Positions 33,970-34,139 of a stretch of DNA of 34,139 nucleotides are shown here, piece by piece (the stretch's first letter is position 1; each line of letters starts with the position of its first letter). The notes under the pieces are model-generated. The model ran no database searches. It worked only from the letters and a program-made list of their open reading frames with translations, and was not told where the DNA came from. This stretch comes from a virus (Duplodnaviria > Caudoviricetes). Location of the stretch: positions 1 through 34,139 of the IMG/VR virus record IMGVR_UViG_3300025251_000041. One strand, 5' to 3'. The position numbers were made by a program, and so were the translations under genes.

Positions 33970-34139
33970 TCAGGAACCGTGCAGGGCCTTGCGCCATTTG
34001 TCCAGCGCGGGTGATTCACCATGCGTCAGGATCAGCGCGGTAGTCTCGAGTCGGTCGTGCAATTCTGATTCGGACAGGCCGGAAACCAGCAGCGAGTCGG
34101 TGTAATACGGGTCGCCGTCCCATTCTTCCTGGGGGACAG
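33970..34139 (-). CDS. 3' end of a leftward gene truncated by the window edge
   Basis: Open frame VPQEEWDGDPYYTDSLL...KWRKALHGS ending in TGA at 33970-33972, followed by the conserved spacer. Confidence 0.65.
   Translation of the reverse strand, partial: VPQEEWDGDPYYTDSLLVSGLSESELHDRLETTALILTHGESPALDKWRKALHGS

Noticed and set aside
1-34139. Stop-codon reassignment
   Set aside because: TAA, TAG and TGA all end genes at tight junctions and coding density is high under the standard code

Overview
This 34-kb, GC-rich (about 60%) window is a large part of a short-tailed (podovirus-like) dsDNA bacteriophage genome in the standard genetic code. Left to right on the + strand it carries Pro-rich ORFs, a sigma70-like promoter, a Lys-rich peptide, scaffold, major capsid protein, head accessory genes, head-tail adaptor, a GT2-like glycosyltransferase, a tail nozzle, a 1716-aa modular repeat tail fibre and three probable ejection proteins (the last 2263 aa). 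A replication/recombination block follows (HTH, CsrA, ERF, SF2 helicase, SSB, degenerate HNH, RusA), then an antisense XRE regulator and a coupled cassette: 2-TM protein, signal-anchored trypsin-collagen protease, two small helical proteins, a glycine-zipper protein and a PD-(D/E)XK nuclease. The window ends with leftward small genes separated by a conserved spacer motif. No terminase, portal, DNA polymerase, integrase or peptidoglycan hydrolase is visible. The two best candidates for undescribed biology are (1) a protease-collagen/glycine-zipper cassette in the position expected of a lysis module, and (2) a post-transcriptional layer made of a phage CsrA, a near-consensus CsrA site on the start codon of that cassette, and several intergenic RNA structures, some pairing with translation starts. 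All family calls come from motif recognition by eye and all RNA folds are hand-derived; no database search or folding program was run.
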